48,379 bases of DNA from positions 36,979,587 through 37,027,965 of the forward strand of contig NC_068991.1 in NCBI RefSeq assembly GCF_001194135.2. Direction: 5' to 3'. The notes below the pieces were generated by a model. It was not told where the DNA came from. It saw only the letters and a list, made by a program, of their open reading frames with translations, and made no database searches. The translations under genes were made by a program, and so were the position numbers. Shown here one piece after another: positions 10,793 to 23,466 of this stretch; position 1 is the stretch's first letter, and every line of letters starts with the position of its first letter. This stretch comes from Octopus bimaculoides. Its lineage: Eukaryota.

Positions 10793-11512
10793 AACAAATA
10801 TCCGTCAAATGTAAATAATGTAAATAATGTACATAATTCTTCATCTTTTAAATATAGAACTTTGTATCTTTGTTAGAAACCAGCTCCTTCTTCAAAGGAA
10901 GGATTTAAATAACTAAAATTAGAAAAGAAAATGCATACATATATACATACATATATACATACAAACACTGAGTATGCAGTGCAATAGCTGTTGATGACTC
11001 GGTGAACAATTGGTTTTGAATTGTTTAAACAGATGAAGCAATTAAGGGAAAATGATGCTTTAAATTATATTAAAATCGACAGATCTTTGGAGAAATATCA
11101 TATGCAGTTTTAGTTGCATTCTTTCATAACCTGATATCAAATTCCACTAAGATTGACTTCGTTTTTCATATGTTGTGTTCAATGAAACAGAACTGATGAA
11201 GAGCTGGCATAGAGATTGAATCGACAGTGTACTTATCCCCAAATTGTGTACTCATGTGCGTAAGTTAGAAATCATTATTATTATGATTTCGAAATTTCCG
11301 GTATTAAAGTGTTGCATTTTTGTTTAAATGGTAAACTGTAGAAATATGGAATATATTTTGAGGAAGAGCTGAAAATGTACTTAGTATTTTGCTAAGTAAA
11401 CGAAATGAGTTTAAAGAAAATGTAAAAGTTTGCTTTGACATTTTTTTCTTCATTTCGTTCTTTTTTTCTTTCTTAAGTAAATACACACACTAGCAAGTTT
11501 CCTAACCGAGAT

Positions 11513-11582
<70 letters not shown>

Positions 11583-12630
11583 CTGTATATGAGTAGTAGG
11601 TGTGTATATTTGTATATGTACGAGCACCTACATACATACGTATGTATTTATATTTACGTGTGAAAATATATATATATATACACATATATGTACTTGTATA
11701 TATAAATATGTGTGTGTGTGTGTGTATCTGTGAGTGTATATATATATATATATATATATACATATGTGTGTATGCGTGTAAATGCATACAAATATATCAA
11801 ACATGTATATGTATACACACACACACACACTCCTTTTTTCTCTCTCTCTCTCACGCACACACCTATCAATATATGTACGCATTAGTGCGTATGAGTGCGT
11901 ACATAAGTCTATGTATTGCGTATGTATATATTCATAGCAGCTATTCATTCATTGCAGCTGACAACCGGAACAGCGCATCGTTATCGTTTCAAGATATAAA
12001 TACTGAAGAAATTGTATTTGTAGCACAACAGAGTGCAAATCAAGACACATGTAGTTGTTGCTTTTCGTGGTGGGGAGGGCAGCTCATAAGAAAAATCCTA
12101 ATATAATTATTAGCATATCTGCATTCAGCAAATAAAAACCCATTGCTCTGTTTCAACTAGTGGGGTCTATATTGACAAAATTTTTCAATAAGCTATTTAT
12201 TCTGTGCAATACTAAACATTGACATGATGGAGGACAAATGATGGAAACGCCCGTGCATGAGTTTCTCCACTACATACAAGATTATCAAAATTCCCAAACA
12301 TTATATTTGCTTTCATATTAACGTCTTCATCCATAAAACCAACTGAATGACATAAAAAATTACTCGCAGACACGCTCTAGCCTCTGGTCTACAAGCATGC
12401 TGTTTTCTCTTTTTGTGTTCCTCGGAGAAGGTTGGTCTCGTGCCACCACCCCTCACGCACTCTTGACTGGTTCATCTTTTCTCTCCTGTCACCCATATTG
12501 TATACTATTGTAAATTCGAAATGTAATATATGCTTGGAAGAAATATTCCATATCTCCACCTCTAATTGCAAGTTATTAAATCGTGGAAACGAACTAACAG
12601 TAAATTGCATTCCCAATAAGGCAACATATA

Positions 12631-12790
12631 CGTCGGGCTTCTGCAGGGTTTCTATTTACCTAGTCCACTCACTAGCTATTAGTCATGTCTACATTAAAAG
12701 TCTTTTACCCAGGGTGATGCGCTGCTGGATCGAACCCAAAATCATGCGATTGCGAAACGAACTTCTTAACTTCATTGCTATGACTACGCC
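12631..12790 (-). mobile_element. Diverged SINE family A-like head
   Basis: Minus strand ggcgtagtcatagc...gggttcgatccagcagcgcatcaccctgggtaaaag...tgagtggactagg. Confidence 0.6.
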
Positions 12791-13832
12791 TTACATAGAT
12801 AATAAATAGCGACAGTGTTTGTTGCTTTATGATATCTATGTGAGCTAGTGGTCATACTCTCAAGAAGGTGTTTCAGGGATAATTGGTCAGGAAAATTTAA
12901 ATGAGAAAGCATTTCCCATATACAACAAGCGTATAAGTGAAGTATAAGTTATAGTTAACGTATTTTTCCAGATCTCTTGCTTTGCAGGAAGCCCATCTCC
13001 AATGGGCTTTCTTGTTTTCTTTATTTTATTTATTTCTAGCTTATTCTTTGATCTTCATGGAGTCATAATTCCATCATTGACTCTAGAAAACTACTAATAT
13101 AGTCATTAACAGTTTGTTTGCTTAAACGTCCTTATGAACTTTTCCCTCCTCCTTATACAGGATTCCTAGAGCGAAATGACCGAGCCTAAACGATAACACA
13201 CAATTTATCGGGGTGTTGGCTGTATATATCTTTCCACAGGAACTGTGTTGTGTCCGTAACTGTGAAATGACTCAATCCACCTACAATTTGTTGTGGATTA
13301 ATGTTTTCTTTTTTTAATTTGCAATACTGAGATTATCTCATCTAGTGTCCCACTAGTTACATCTGGAATTCAGTTGATCTAATCATTCATTGAAAAATAC
13401 ACTGATCTTCAAAGTTATATCATTCTCTAGATATTATGCGAAAAGATAGGTGCAAGACTTTTATTAGTGTGCCGTTTCCTATGATCAAAGCAATTATTTA
13501 TAGCAACATACATCTGGTAGCTCCTGATATGCTATTTAAAGCTACAGTCTCTGTAAACATAAGGGCAGATGGAAACAAAGAGGCAGAAAGAACACGACCA
13601 AGATATAAAATAACGTATTATCACATCGGAGAAAAGTCACATATTTGTTGGAGGTATATAACTGATTAAGTGTACTCGATAAATTTATGCTACTTTTCTA
13701 AAGGTCCTGGAGAATTAAGATACCCCACGAAATCCTGCCGCAGAATATAAACGTGGAGTAAGACAATTCTACATAGTTTAAGTCCGTTACCTACAAGTTA
13801 TGTTATACATCAATCAGACTACAAATGGGTAC

Positions 13833-13838
<6 letters not shown>

Positions 13839-13910
<72 letters not shown>
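13839..13910. repeat. (TC)n microsatellite
   Basis: Directly visible. Confidence 0.97.
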
Positions 13911-13914
<4 letters not shown>

Positions 13915-13949
13915 CTTCCATTTCAGCCTACAAGAGTAAACTAAAACTA

Positions 13950-14960
13950 GCCTCATTTACTCAAGTCATTTTCACTACTCTCAACCACCTACCTTTCAAC
14001 ATTACTGGGTAGCAGCACCTCACTCCCTATTCTCATCTTTCTCTCAAAGTGAAATATGTGAAAGTCGATGAGGACTTAACCGAAGAGGTGTCTTGTCTTC
14101 AGCTTTTTCAGCCGCGTCGACCATACAACTTTCACTTTAGCCATCAGACAGAGGCAAACTGGCCTGCCCTTCCCAGCTGAAGAAAGTCAGCGGGGATCTG
14201 CTGACAGCCGAGTCCGTTCTCCACGTGACACCAGCTGTTTGACAAAACTCCTCAAATCAGTGATACTCATGAAACAAATGCGTGCTAGAATAGTTCCACC
14301 GGTTGAAAGCGCTTCCGTCATTGCAGAGTTTATTTCATTCTGGCAACGTCCATCTCCCGTTAGCGTTGCCAGGAATTTCTGAAAATTGTTCATACTTCCC
14401 GCACGTTCATTTTTATGAACGCCCTGAGTTTTCTCGAGAATGTCGTTCCTCTATACCACCACTAATCTCCCAGGACAGTGAACGTCCGGCAACGTTCCAG
14501 ATGCTAGGCTTCTAGTCCTGCGTCAAAAAATGAGTTGCAGGAAAATTAATCTGGCAAAGAATGACCAATCTGTTCGCCTTCCAGCGAAGCTTCAGTGCAT
14601 GTCTAAGCATCATCAGCCACAACATATCGATGCCTTCGAGCAAAAGATTGGCAACAGAGTGACTGTCTGATAAGTGGAATGCATCCATTCCACAAGAAGT
14701 TAAGGGCAAGTGAGGCAAAGCACAACGAACAAATAGCAATACATGACGGAGATGATATATGCATTCACTACTTCTATGTAGCCGATAACTTCGATCACAA
14801 TTCCAGTGACCTTGTGCATGTATGCCGACAGAATGCTCTTCGAAACTCTGTTTTCTGCTGTAATGCCTCGATCGTTACCATATACAGAGGCGAGGACATC
14901 CAGATAAACTGATAATGTGATTCAAAACTGTTCCAACGATCGGCCATTTATTTTGACCAC
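13950..14960 (-). mobile_element. Tx1/L1-like LINE, old fragment encoding the ORF2 C-terminus
   Basis: Frame-hopping translation: EVVNAYIISV, FLWNGCIPLIRQSLCCQ, GIDMLWLMMLRHALKLR, MNNFQKFLA, KLCNDGSA, KVVWSTRLK; resembles the post-RT region of L1/Tx1 ORF2 (cf. FLWxGxxPxVxRxxxCxxxxxGGLG). Confidence 0.65.
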
Positions 14961-15435
14961 GATGTAAATATCGCTGTTCATTGCAGTGGTACAGCCTCTG
15001 AAGACGAGGCCATTGTAGTAGCGTTGCTCGTGTCACTCTTGACAGCAGTAGCGGTGGTGGTGGTGGTGTTGGTTGACAGGTTGTTGTTCTTTTTTGTTGG
15101 TATGTTCTTACAGTTGCTGTTATTATCGTTATTGTTTTCTTGGAGAGTGCAGTAGTGATGGTGATGGTAATATAGACTCTTAGAGGAAGAAAACTTTTTT
15201 TTCCATATACGGAGTAATGGGGCTACATCTAAAAACAGTTTTCATTTTCCGCTTAAAATCATCTTCCATTGGCCTCTTTAATTGGCTGGCTATCGAAGAA
15301 TAACTTTTTTTTCCAAACTTTATCCTTAAAGGTACAAGAAACTAAACAGCCAACCAGACCACAGGAGTTATGGGTAGCTTAACAATTAAAAACCCCTAAA
15401 TAGACAAACAGCAAACTTATATAGAGTCTATAGCA

Positions 15436-16430
15436 ATTCTTTCTACCACAAGCACAAAGCCTGATATCTTGGAGGAGATAACTTAGGGAGAAGGTTATGT
15501 CGATCCCAGTGTTCAGCTAGTACTTATTCTATCGACCCCGAAAAGATACAAGGTAAAGTCCACCTCGATAGAATTTGACTTCAGAACGTAAAAAGACGGA
15601 CGAAATACCGTTAAGTCCATTGTCCGGCGTGCTAACGATTCTGTCAGTTCACTGTCTTTGCAAAGACAACAATAATAATAATTGTTTCTAAAGACGCAAG
15701 CCACCTGCCCACCTTTCTTGACTAGTATTTTATTTCATCGACGCAGGAAGAACAATAGACACAGTTCATCTCAGCAGCATTTGAACTTAGAACATAAAGA
15801 TTCGTAACTAGATACTACAAGGCATTTTTATGCTCAAATGATTTTACCAAGCCACCAATTGTTTCTTAATTAGGCAAAAGGCTAGTAATTTTGTGAGGTG
15901 GGTTGTTACATCTATACCATTAACTCCATTATTTCACTGGTATTTTATTTTATTGAGACTGAAAGGCAGAGCGACCCGGCAGGATTTGCACTCAGAACGT
16001 AAAGAGCTGGAACAAATACTGCAAGGCATTTATTCAACGCTCTAATGATTTTGCCAATCACTGCCCCTAACCTCTTTAACATAGACCTGAGATTTGGGCA
16101 GGGGGGAATTAGCTGATTAAATCAACACCACTGCCTTACTCGTACATTATTTTATCGACCCCGGTTGAATTTGACCTCAGAATTTAAAGAGTCATAGCTA
16201 AATGCCACAGAGACATTTTTCTGACACTTTAACGATTCTCCCAATCCATTCGCCTAAAACAATTGTTTTGTAGTTTCAGCACAAAGTAGAGGGAGGGGTT
16301 TTGTCGATGCCATCTACTTCCGTACTTGCCTGGTACTTTATTTTATCGACCCGGAAAGAATGAAGGGAAAAGATAAGGTCGACGAGGTTTGAACTAGAAA
16401 CTGAAAGGGACGCAGCCAAACAAGAAAACG
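15436..16430 (-). repeat. Array of about five head-to-tail decayed SINE family B copies
   Basis: Recurrent ttttatcgaccc..gaatttgaac/acctcagaac..aacgattct units near 15436, 15700, 15865, 16070 and 16270. Confidence 0.75.
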
Positions 16431-16681
16431 GCATCGAAATAAACAACAGTAACAACAGCAGCAACAACAACAGCAGCAAAGTGCTACATACAAGTACGAA
16501 TGAAATGGACGTCATGGAACAGGTAGCTTAAGATATTTTGTCGGTTAACGCCTCAACATTTCTTGATAATGTGTTTATATAACCACCAGCTTTTCTTTCA
16601 AATTGTGCTTCACGTGTTTGGTGCTCAAGATAAGACTGTAAGGTCCGCTTGATATGTTTCAAGTTGTATTTATAAACAAGG

Positions 16682-16892
16682 AAGGCGACAAGTTGGTAGA
16701 ATCGTTAGTGCATCGGGCAAAATGCTTAGCGACATTTCTTCCAAGTCATTGCATTCTGAGCTCAAATTCCCCTGAGGTCCAATTTGTCTTTCATCTTTTC
16801 GGGGGCCAACAAAGTTGGAACCAGTTGGCCACTGGATCGATGTAAGTTACGTGTCCCCTCCTAAAATTCTTGGTCTTGAGCCAAAATTTGAA
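16682..16892 (+). mobile_element. SINE family B, full length
   Basis: aaggcgacaagttggtagaatcgttagtgcatcgggc...gagccaaaatttgaa. Confidence 0.85.
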
Positions 16893-18101
16893 GCCATTAG
16901 CTAAACAAACGTTAAATATATATGTGTATGTATATGAAAGTCGGTATGTATGCATGCACTTGTGTGTTTGTGCGATTGCTTGTATGTATCTTTGTGAATG
17001 ACTGCATGTAGATTACGTTTCGAAGCCAACTAAATATACAATAAACAGGTTGTATAAACCAACACTTCATTCTATTTCCTCTCGGTTTTAAAGTTGTTTT
17101 CTTGAGGAGATAAATTATGATTAAAATGGCAAAACTCCTTCTATACGTCGGTGGTGGAGATGTATTCATGATCATTGATTATTAGCGTCAGTCAATATGA
17201 TGTATATCTTTCACATGTATTTCCATAGTAAATAATATTATGAATTACGAGATAAACGAAATATAAGGTGAAACAGGATAGCTTTGAAATGTTTTTCGAT
17301 AAGAAACTATATAATACGTCTTCGCGTATGTATTAGATACACACATATTTATACATACATATTTATTATAGATTCTCCATACATATTTATAGATTCGCTC
17401 TCTACAATCATAATGTTATACATCCTGACAGAGTTGTTACTCCAGCAATTGAATGAAGTTAACATAAGGTTTAGTGTCCTAAAAACGTAGAAGTAAATCG
17501 TTATAGATTACATATAATGAACACAATGCATAGAGCACATATATAGGTTTCTTTGCAGTTTCTTAATCTATTTCTCTGCCTCTACTCATACAGTTTTGTA
17601 AATAAAACATCACTTGTTCCACGTTGTCACCTGAGTCTCTTTTTGACGAGCATCCGTCACCCTTCGATAGTTTGTGTGGATGCTTTTATTGTTGGATCAA
17701 CAAAATCTTAAAATGATTTATAATTTTATAACTATATTTGTGGCCTAAACTAACATAAGTAGCTCACCATCGCATATCAAACGCATTCTTCTGGCTTTTC
17801 ACTGGTGTTCATCGTTGGGTATACAACAATGGTACGTTGCAGCTGCGTATCTGAGGTGCTCTTTCAGAAATATCCATGCTATTACGAGAAGATATTGTAT
17901 AACTAAGGGCTAGTGTGAATGAAATTGAAGGATTTCACTTGCGTCGCCTACGGCACAATTTACTATTACTTTTATTCACGACGTTAAGCTGCGTACTAAC
18001 TTTGAATGGTCACCATTTCGGATTATTTGAGTTTCGTGTACATTCAATACTAAATAAACATGTGCTCGCCCACTGAAAAGGCTTATCAGTGAAATGAGGT
18101 T

Positions 18102-18103
<2 letters not shown>

Positions 18104-18176
<73 letters not shown>

Positions 18177-18290
18177 AAGAANNNNNNNNNNAGAAGAAGA
18201 AGAAGAAGAAGAAGAAGAAGAAGAAGAAGAAGAAGAAGAAGAAGAAGAAGAAGAAAATGATGATGATGATGATGATGAAGAAGAAGAAGA
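18104..18290. repeat. (AAT)n-(AAG)n-(GAT)n compound trinucleotide repeat with a 10-N gap
   Basis: Directly visible. Confidence 0.95.
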
Positions 18291-18469
18291 AATAAGTGAA
18301 TATGAAAAATGAAGTGCTGTCTTTAGGATTTCGTTGTTGGGATATGAAATCGAAAAGACTTACAATCAAACGATGCACTGCTTGTTTTTTTTTTTTCTTT
18401 TCTTTCTGTTTCTTTTTTAATCAGACATAATCAATTAACATCGACGAAAGTATGATTCATTTTTTAATA

Positions 18470-18600
18470 CATTAGGATGTGATTTGAGGAAGATATGACT
18501 GATATTTCTAACATATTTATCGTTGTTTAACACATGGTGGTCAGTCCTCATTGAGCAGAGATCTCTGATGAAAGATATTCCTGCTGTAAAGATTGTCTTT
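18470..18600 (-). mobile_element. SINE-like family D fragment
   Basis: ggatgtgatttgaggaagatatgactgatatttcta and gagcagagatctctgatgaaagatattcc are similar to segments at 39925-40140 and 45515-45660. Confidence 0.5.
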
Positions 18601-18749
18601 TTAGTGTTATGCAGGATTACATTATTGCGTACGCCTGTGTGTATTTCATACACACACACACACATACACACATACACACATATGTATGTATCCATGTATG
18701 TATGTGTGTATGTATGTATGTATGTATGTATGTATGTATGTATGCATGA

Positions 18750-19185
18750 AGTCGTGGCTGTGTGATAAGAAGCTTGCTTCCCAACCACATGGATTAGTGT
18801 TCAGTCCCATTGCGTGGCACCTTGGGCAGGTGCCTTCTATTTTAGCTTCAGGCCGACCAAAGCATTGTGAGTGAATTTCGGAGAGGGAAACTGAAAGAAG
18901 CCTGACATATGTGTGGGTGTGTGTGCGCGTGTATGTATGTGTGTGTGCATGTGCGTATGCGTGTGCGCGTGCGCGTACGTGTATGTATGTGTGTGTGTTT
19001 GTCCCCCACCACCGCTTGATAATTGGTGTATTTACGTGCTCGTAACTAAACGGTTCGGCAAAAGATGCCGATCCAATAAGAATTACACTTAAAAGAAGTC
19101 CTGGGGCCGATTCATTCGAATAAAATAAATTTTTCAAGGCGGTGCCCCAGCATGGCCGCAATCTAATAACTGAAAAAAATAAAAG
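18750..19185 (+). mobile_element. SINE family A, full length, tRNA-derived head
   Basis: tggctgtgtg (A box), gttcagtccc (B box), gcaccttgggcag core, internal (TG)n, tail ccccagcatggccgca. Confidence 0.9.
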
Positions 19186-20077
19186 GAAGATTTTGTGTGT
19201 GTTTGTGTGTGTGTGTGTGTGATCAGTCTGTTATCACTAATTCAGAAAAGAAGCACACTCTAAAAGAGTTTGTGCACTTATACTTTTATAGTGTCTAACC
19301 GGTCAGAAAGTTATTGGTTTTGTGTAACTATTGCACTGAGCAATACAGATATGCTATTTGTTTTATATTTTAAGGACATTTCTGCTTCCGAGCTTGCTGG
19401 ATAATTGGTCTGGTGCTTTTATAAGGTTGGTAATTTTATTACTGTAAGAAATGGAAGTTCTGTTTAAGACCACCGGGCCAAACATAGCATTTCATTTGAA
19501 GATCTCATTTCTGGATTTCAGTTTTGTTTTTTATCATTCCAGGTTCGGAAGCATAAAGACTAAACATGTACAGGGTCGAGTTTTGGGTTTCTACTTTACC
19601 CTTCACCCTTTGCCCCACGCCCTTCCAATTTGAGATTTGTACCAATGTTAAAGCAAAAGTCAACATTATTGTTTTTCTTCTTATAATTATTTTTCATTAA
19701 GTCTGTGCACTCCATTCTATTGTGCTTAGAATCTTATTAGTCGTTATTTAATCAGCAGTAGACATACTCTAACCCGTTAAAGAAAGTTTGACATACGACA
19801 GGAGAGTCTAAGACGACCAAAATGAAAGAAGTATGATGACCCTTTACGAGTTTGCTTTCATAAGTAAATCAAAGGATCTGGGTTTTTTTAGCTTTTTATT
19901 TCCTTTTTGTTCATTTATTTATTGTGGTGGAGGTGGGATATACTCGGGCCTCTCTGTAAAGTACAAAGGCTTAAAAAAGAAATAAAACAATAAAATAATA
20001 AACTTAACGATTAACAATTTTCAGAGAACTAGCAAAGAAGATCACAACTACAAAATGGATCGCCAGCCTCAGTCTCT

Positions 20078-20159
20078 CTTCTTCTTCTTCTTCTTCTTCT
20101 TCTTCTTCTTCTTCTTCTTCTTCTTCTTCTTCTTCTTCTTCTTCTTCTTCTTCTTCTTC
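20078..20159. repeat. (CTT)n microsatellite
   Basis: Directly visible. Confidence 0.97.
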
Positions 20160-20429
20160 ACTTAACGCTGAAAAGCTCATTATTTGCTAGACATGTCGAA
20201 TTATTTTCATTATTTAAAGAAATTATTTCAGAAATGTACGAGAAAAGCTTGTCATAAGCTGAGTATCCGAAATCGTCGTTTCGTTGTGACATGGGAAGAA
20301 AGATCAGCTCTAATCCAGCCAATTCCTGATCATATATATTACAGCCGTGATTATCTTCTGTTTTTACAGATAACAACGACAAGATTATCTACTATTGCTT
20401 AATACATACATGCATACATACATACATAC

Positions 20430-20568
20430 GACGTGGCTGTATAGTAAGAAGCTTGCTTCCCAACAGCATGGTTCGAGGTCATCTTGGAGTGGTATCTTCT
20501 ACTATAGCCTCGGACCAACCAAAACCATGTGAGTGGATTTGGTAGACAGAAACTGAAAGAAACCCATC

Positions 20569-20605
<37 letters not shown>

Positions 20606-20778
20606 TGCGTGCATGTGCGTGTGTGTGTGTATTTTTGTCTGTTTGTCCCCAGCACTGCTTGACAACCGGTGGTTGTGTGTTTCCGTCCCCGTAACTTAGC
20701 GGATCGGCAAAAGAAACCGAATAAGTACCAGACTTTTAAAAAATAAGTCCTGGGGTCGATATATTCGACTGAAAATTT
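20430..20778 (+). mobile_element. SINE family A, ends at an N-gap
   Basis: Same head, body and tail motifs as the 18750 copy. Confidence 0.85.
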
Positions 20779-20788
20779 NNNNNNNNNN

Positions 20789-20848
<60 letters not shown>

Positions 20849-21855
20849 TGTAAGCGCGCGCGTATGTGTGTGTGTGTAACCCAATACAATTACAAAGAAT
20901 ATGTAGTCTAGTACATCTTCAATCTTTTCTTTTAATTTCACAATTAATTATTCGACATAATTTACATAATTAGCTAAAGTGACCGACACGTATTTCTACT
21001 GTATCGAGTAATGGCAGTACCTATCCTTAGTGCTTCTTACTACTAGATGTAGTTAGCCGGAACCTGGACTATATCTGAGAGCTCTTACAGTACCCACCTG
21101 GATATGTACATATCTATATATATAGGTAATCTTGATCACCAACTTAACGTGGGTAATTTTTTAGAACACAAGACACTGCATTATTTACCTTGAAAGGCCT
21201 TCTCATATGGACTCGTGGTGCATAAAAGCACTCGTAATTATATCGCCGTTGACAGCCGAGAACCGTCTGCTATGCCCACTGGAACCATCACACCACGTGA
21301 TTTCTCCCTGCTATGGATTCTTCTGTGAAAAGTGTCCAGCATCGACATAACAGCCGAATCTCCTAATTACAATATATGAAACATCAGTGTCTATTCAGGC
21401 ACTGGTGTCGCAAACAGGCAATAGGCTTATTAAGAAAATATTTAATAGGAACAGAAGCAGTATTAATACCAAAAGGTATATATATGTGTGTGTGTGTGTA
21501 CATATAGATATATACACATACACACATACACACATGTAAGTATATATATATATATACATGTGTGCGTATATATATATATATATATATAGTTAAATGCAGG
21601 TGTTATTCAAATCTTTATACTTCTGATATATATTTTTCGAAGAAAACATTGGTATTATTCAAGGAATAAAATCATGTAAAACAATGCAATCTTCTCATCA
21701 GGGGAAAAAAAAGAAACCAAACACATCAATAAGGCATTTTAACAGAATGTGATGATGACTGCGTATACGATAAAAGCAATGCTGGCAAGTTATTTTTTTT
21801 TTTTAACCGTTAATAGATTTAACGTCAAAAGCAATTTATAGAAAGAGGAGGAGAA

Positions 21856-22154
21856 AGAAAGAAATTAGCAGAAAACTAATAGTGGAGTAATATAGAGCGA
21901 TAGGTGAATAGAAATAAAGCTTAAAGGCTTGGAAGTAGATATGTTTAGTGAAAGAGCAATGTAAGAAAACATTTAAAGGTTAAGTTCTATATGTTGGTAG
22001 AAATATATAAAACAAATATATAGAACTCGACCTCTAACTGTTTTCTTATATTTCATATCCACTAAATATATCTATTTCCACGCCTTTAAGCTTTATTTCT
22101 ATTCACCTATCGCTCTATATTTCTCCACTATTAGTTTTCTGCCAATTTCTTTCT
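21856..22154. repeat. Long palindrome: 137-bp inverted arms, ~25-nt loop
   Basis: 21856-21992 is the reverse complement of 22018-22154, about 15 mismatches and no indels by hand alignment. Confidence 0.93.
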
Positions 22155-22196
22155 CCGTTTCGAGCATGGTTCTTCGTCAGAAAGAGGAGAGCGAAA
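22150..22196 (-). ncRNA. Degenerate hammerhead-like core at the palindrome edge
   Basis: Minus strand cucuuu-CUGACGA-A-GAAC[cau]GCUC-GAAAC-ggag-aaaga; lacks the U of the NUH triplet and stem II has a mismatch. Confidence 0.4.
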
Positions 22197-22318
22197 TCTC
22201 CGGAGAAGGGGAAAATAGTCCAAGAAAAGCACGTGTATGCTTACATTGTTGAAGTGATGTATGTATGTATGTATGTATGTACGTATGTATGTATGTATGT
22301 ATGTGCGTGCGTGCGTGC

Positions 22319-22357
<39 letters not shown>

Positions 22358-22359
22358 GG

Positions 22360-22480
22360 TGATGATGGAACTCCGTCGATCGACGGTGAGGATTCAGTTG
22401 TTCAATCAACTGAATTACCTGCTTCTGAATTAACGTGCAAGTGGCTGAGTATTCCACATGTGTACTGTTTACCTAATTCC
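22360..22480 (-). mobile_element. SINE family C 3' fragment, diverged
   Basis: gaattaacgtgcaagtggctgagtattccac matches 5897-5926. Confidence 0.7.
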
Positions 22481-23319
22481 NNNNNNNNNNNNNNNNNNNN
22501 NNNNNNNNNNNNNNNNNNNNNNNNNNNNNNNNNNNNNNNNNNNNNNNNNNNNNNNNNNNNNNNNNNNNNNNNNNNNNNNNNNNNNNNNNNNNNNNNNNNN
22601 NNNNNNNNNNNNNNNNNNNNNNNNNNNNNNNNNNNNNNNNNNNNNNNNNNNNNNNNNNNNNNNNNNNNNNNNNNNNNNNNNNNNNNNNNNNNNNNNNNNN
22701 NNNNNNNNNNNNNNNNNNNNNNNNNNNNNNNNNNNNNNNNNNNNNNNNNNNNNNNNNNNNNNNNNNNNNNNNNNNNNNNNNNNNNNNNNNNNNNNNNNNN
22801 NNNNNNNNNNNNNNNNNNNNNNNNNNNNNNNNNNNNNNNNNNNNNNNNNNNNNNNNNNNNNNNNNNNNNNNNNNNNNNNNNNNNNNNNNNNNNNNNNNNN
22901 NNNNNNNNNNNNNNNNNNNNNNNNNNNNNNNNNNNNNNNNNNNNNNNNNNNNNNNNNNNNNNNNNNNNNNNNNNNNNNNNNNNNNNNNNNNNNNNNNNNN
23001 NNNNNNNNNNNNNNNNNNNNNNNNNNNNNNNNNNNNNNNNNNNNNNNNNNNNNNNNNNNNNNNNNNNNNNNNNNNNNNNNNNNNNNNNNNNNNNNNNNNN
23101 NNNNNNNNNNNNNNNNNGGTAACAATCACTTTGCCTGATAAAAAATAACAGGTTGCCACCAAAACATGTATATTAATTTTTTTTTAATTTAACTTTTAAT
23201 TCTTGGAATTATTTCCACTTTTCTGTGAGAATCGTTAAGTATTACCACTAAGCTTTTGTTTATTTTCTGAAACTAAGAGGATACTTTCAATTGAGAATTC
23301 TGTTATTGCAATATTCTTT

Positions 23320-23466
23320 TCTGCTCTAGGCACAAGAGAAATTTTGGGGGAAGGTGGGGCAGTCGATTAGATCGACTCCAGTACGCAACTGGTATTTAAT
23401 TTACCGACTCCCGAAAGAATGAAAGGCAAAGTCGACCACGGTGGAATTTGAACTCAGAACGTAAAG
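23320..23466 (-). mobile_element. SINE family B, 5'-truncated
   Basis: gtcgattagatcgactccagt..gaaaggcaaagtcgacc..gaatttgaactcagaacgtaaag. Confidence 0.85.

Larger units (their letters stand above)
9753..10859 (+). mobile_element. Penelope-like element (Penelope/Poseidon type), 5'-truncated, with inverted pseudo-LTRs and 12-bp TSD
   Basis: Inverted arms ~9751-10020 and ~10612-10827 each contain (AAT)n and a hammerhead core; direct repeat ctttgtatcttt at 9741-9752 and 10860-10871; PLE coding remnant between the arms. Confidence 0.9.

Noticed and set aside
17770-17885. Minus-strand exon-like segment with donor ATG/gtgagc
   Set aside because: Stops in all three frames from the plausible acceptor; no recognisable product.
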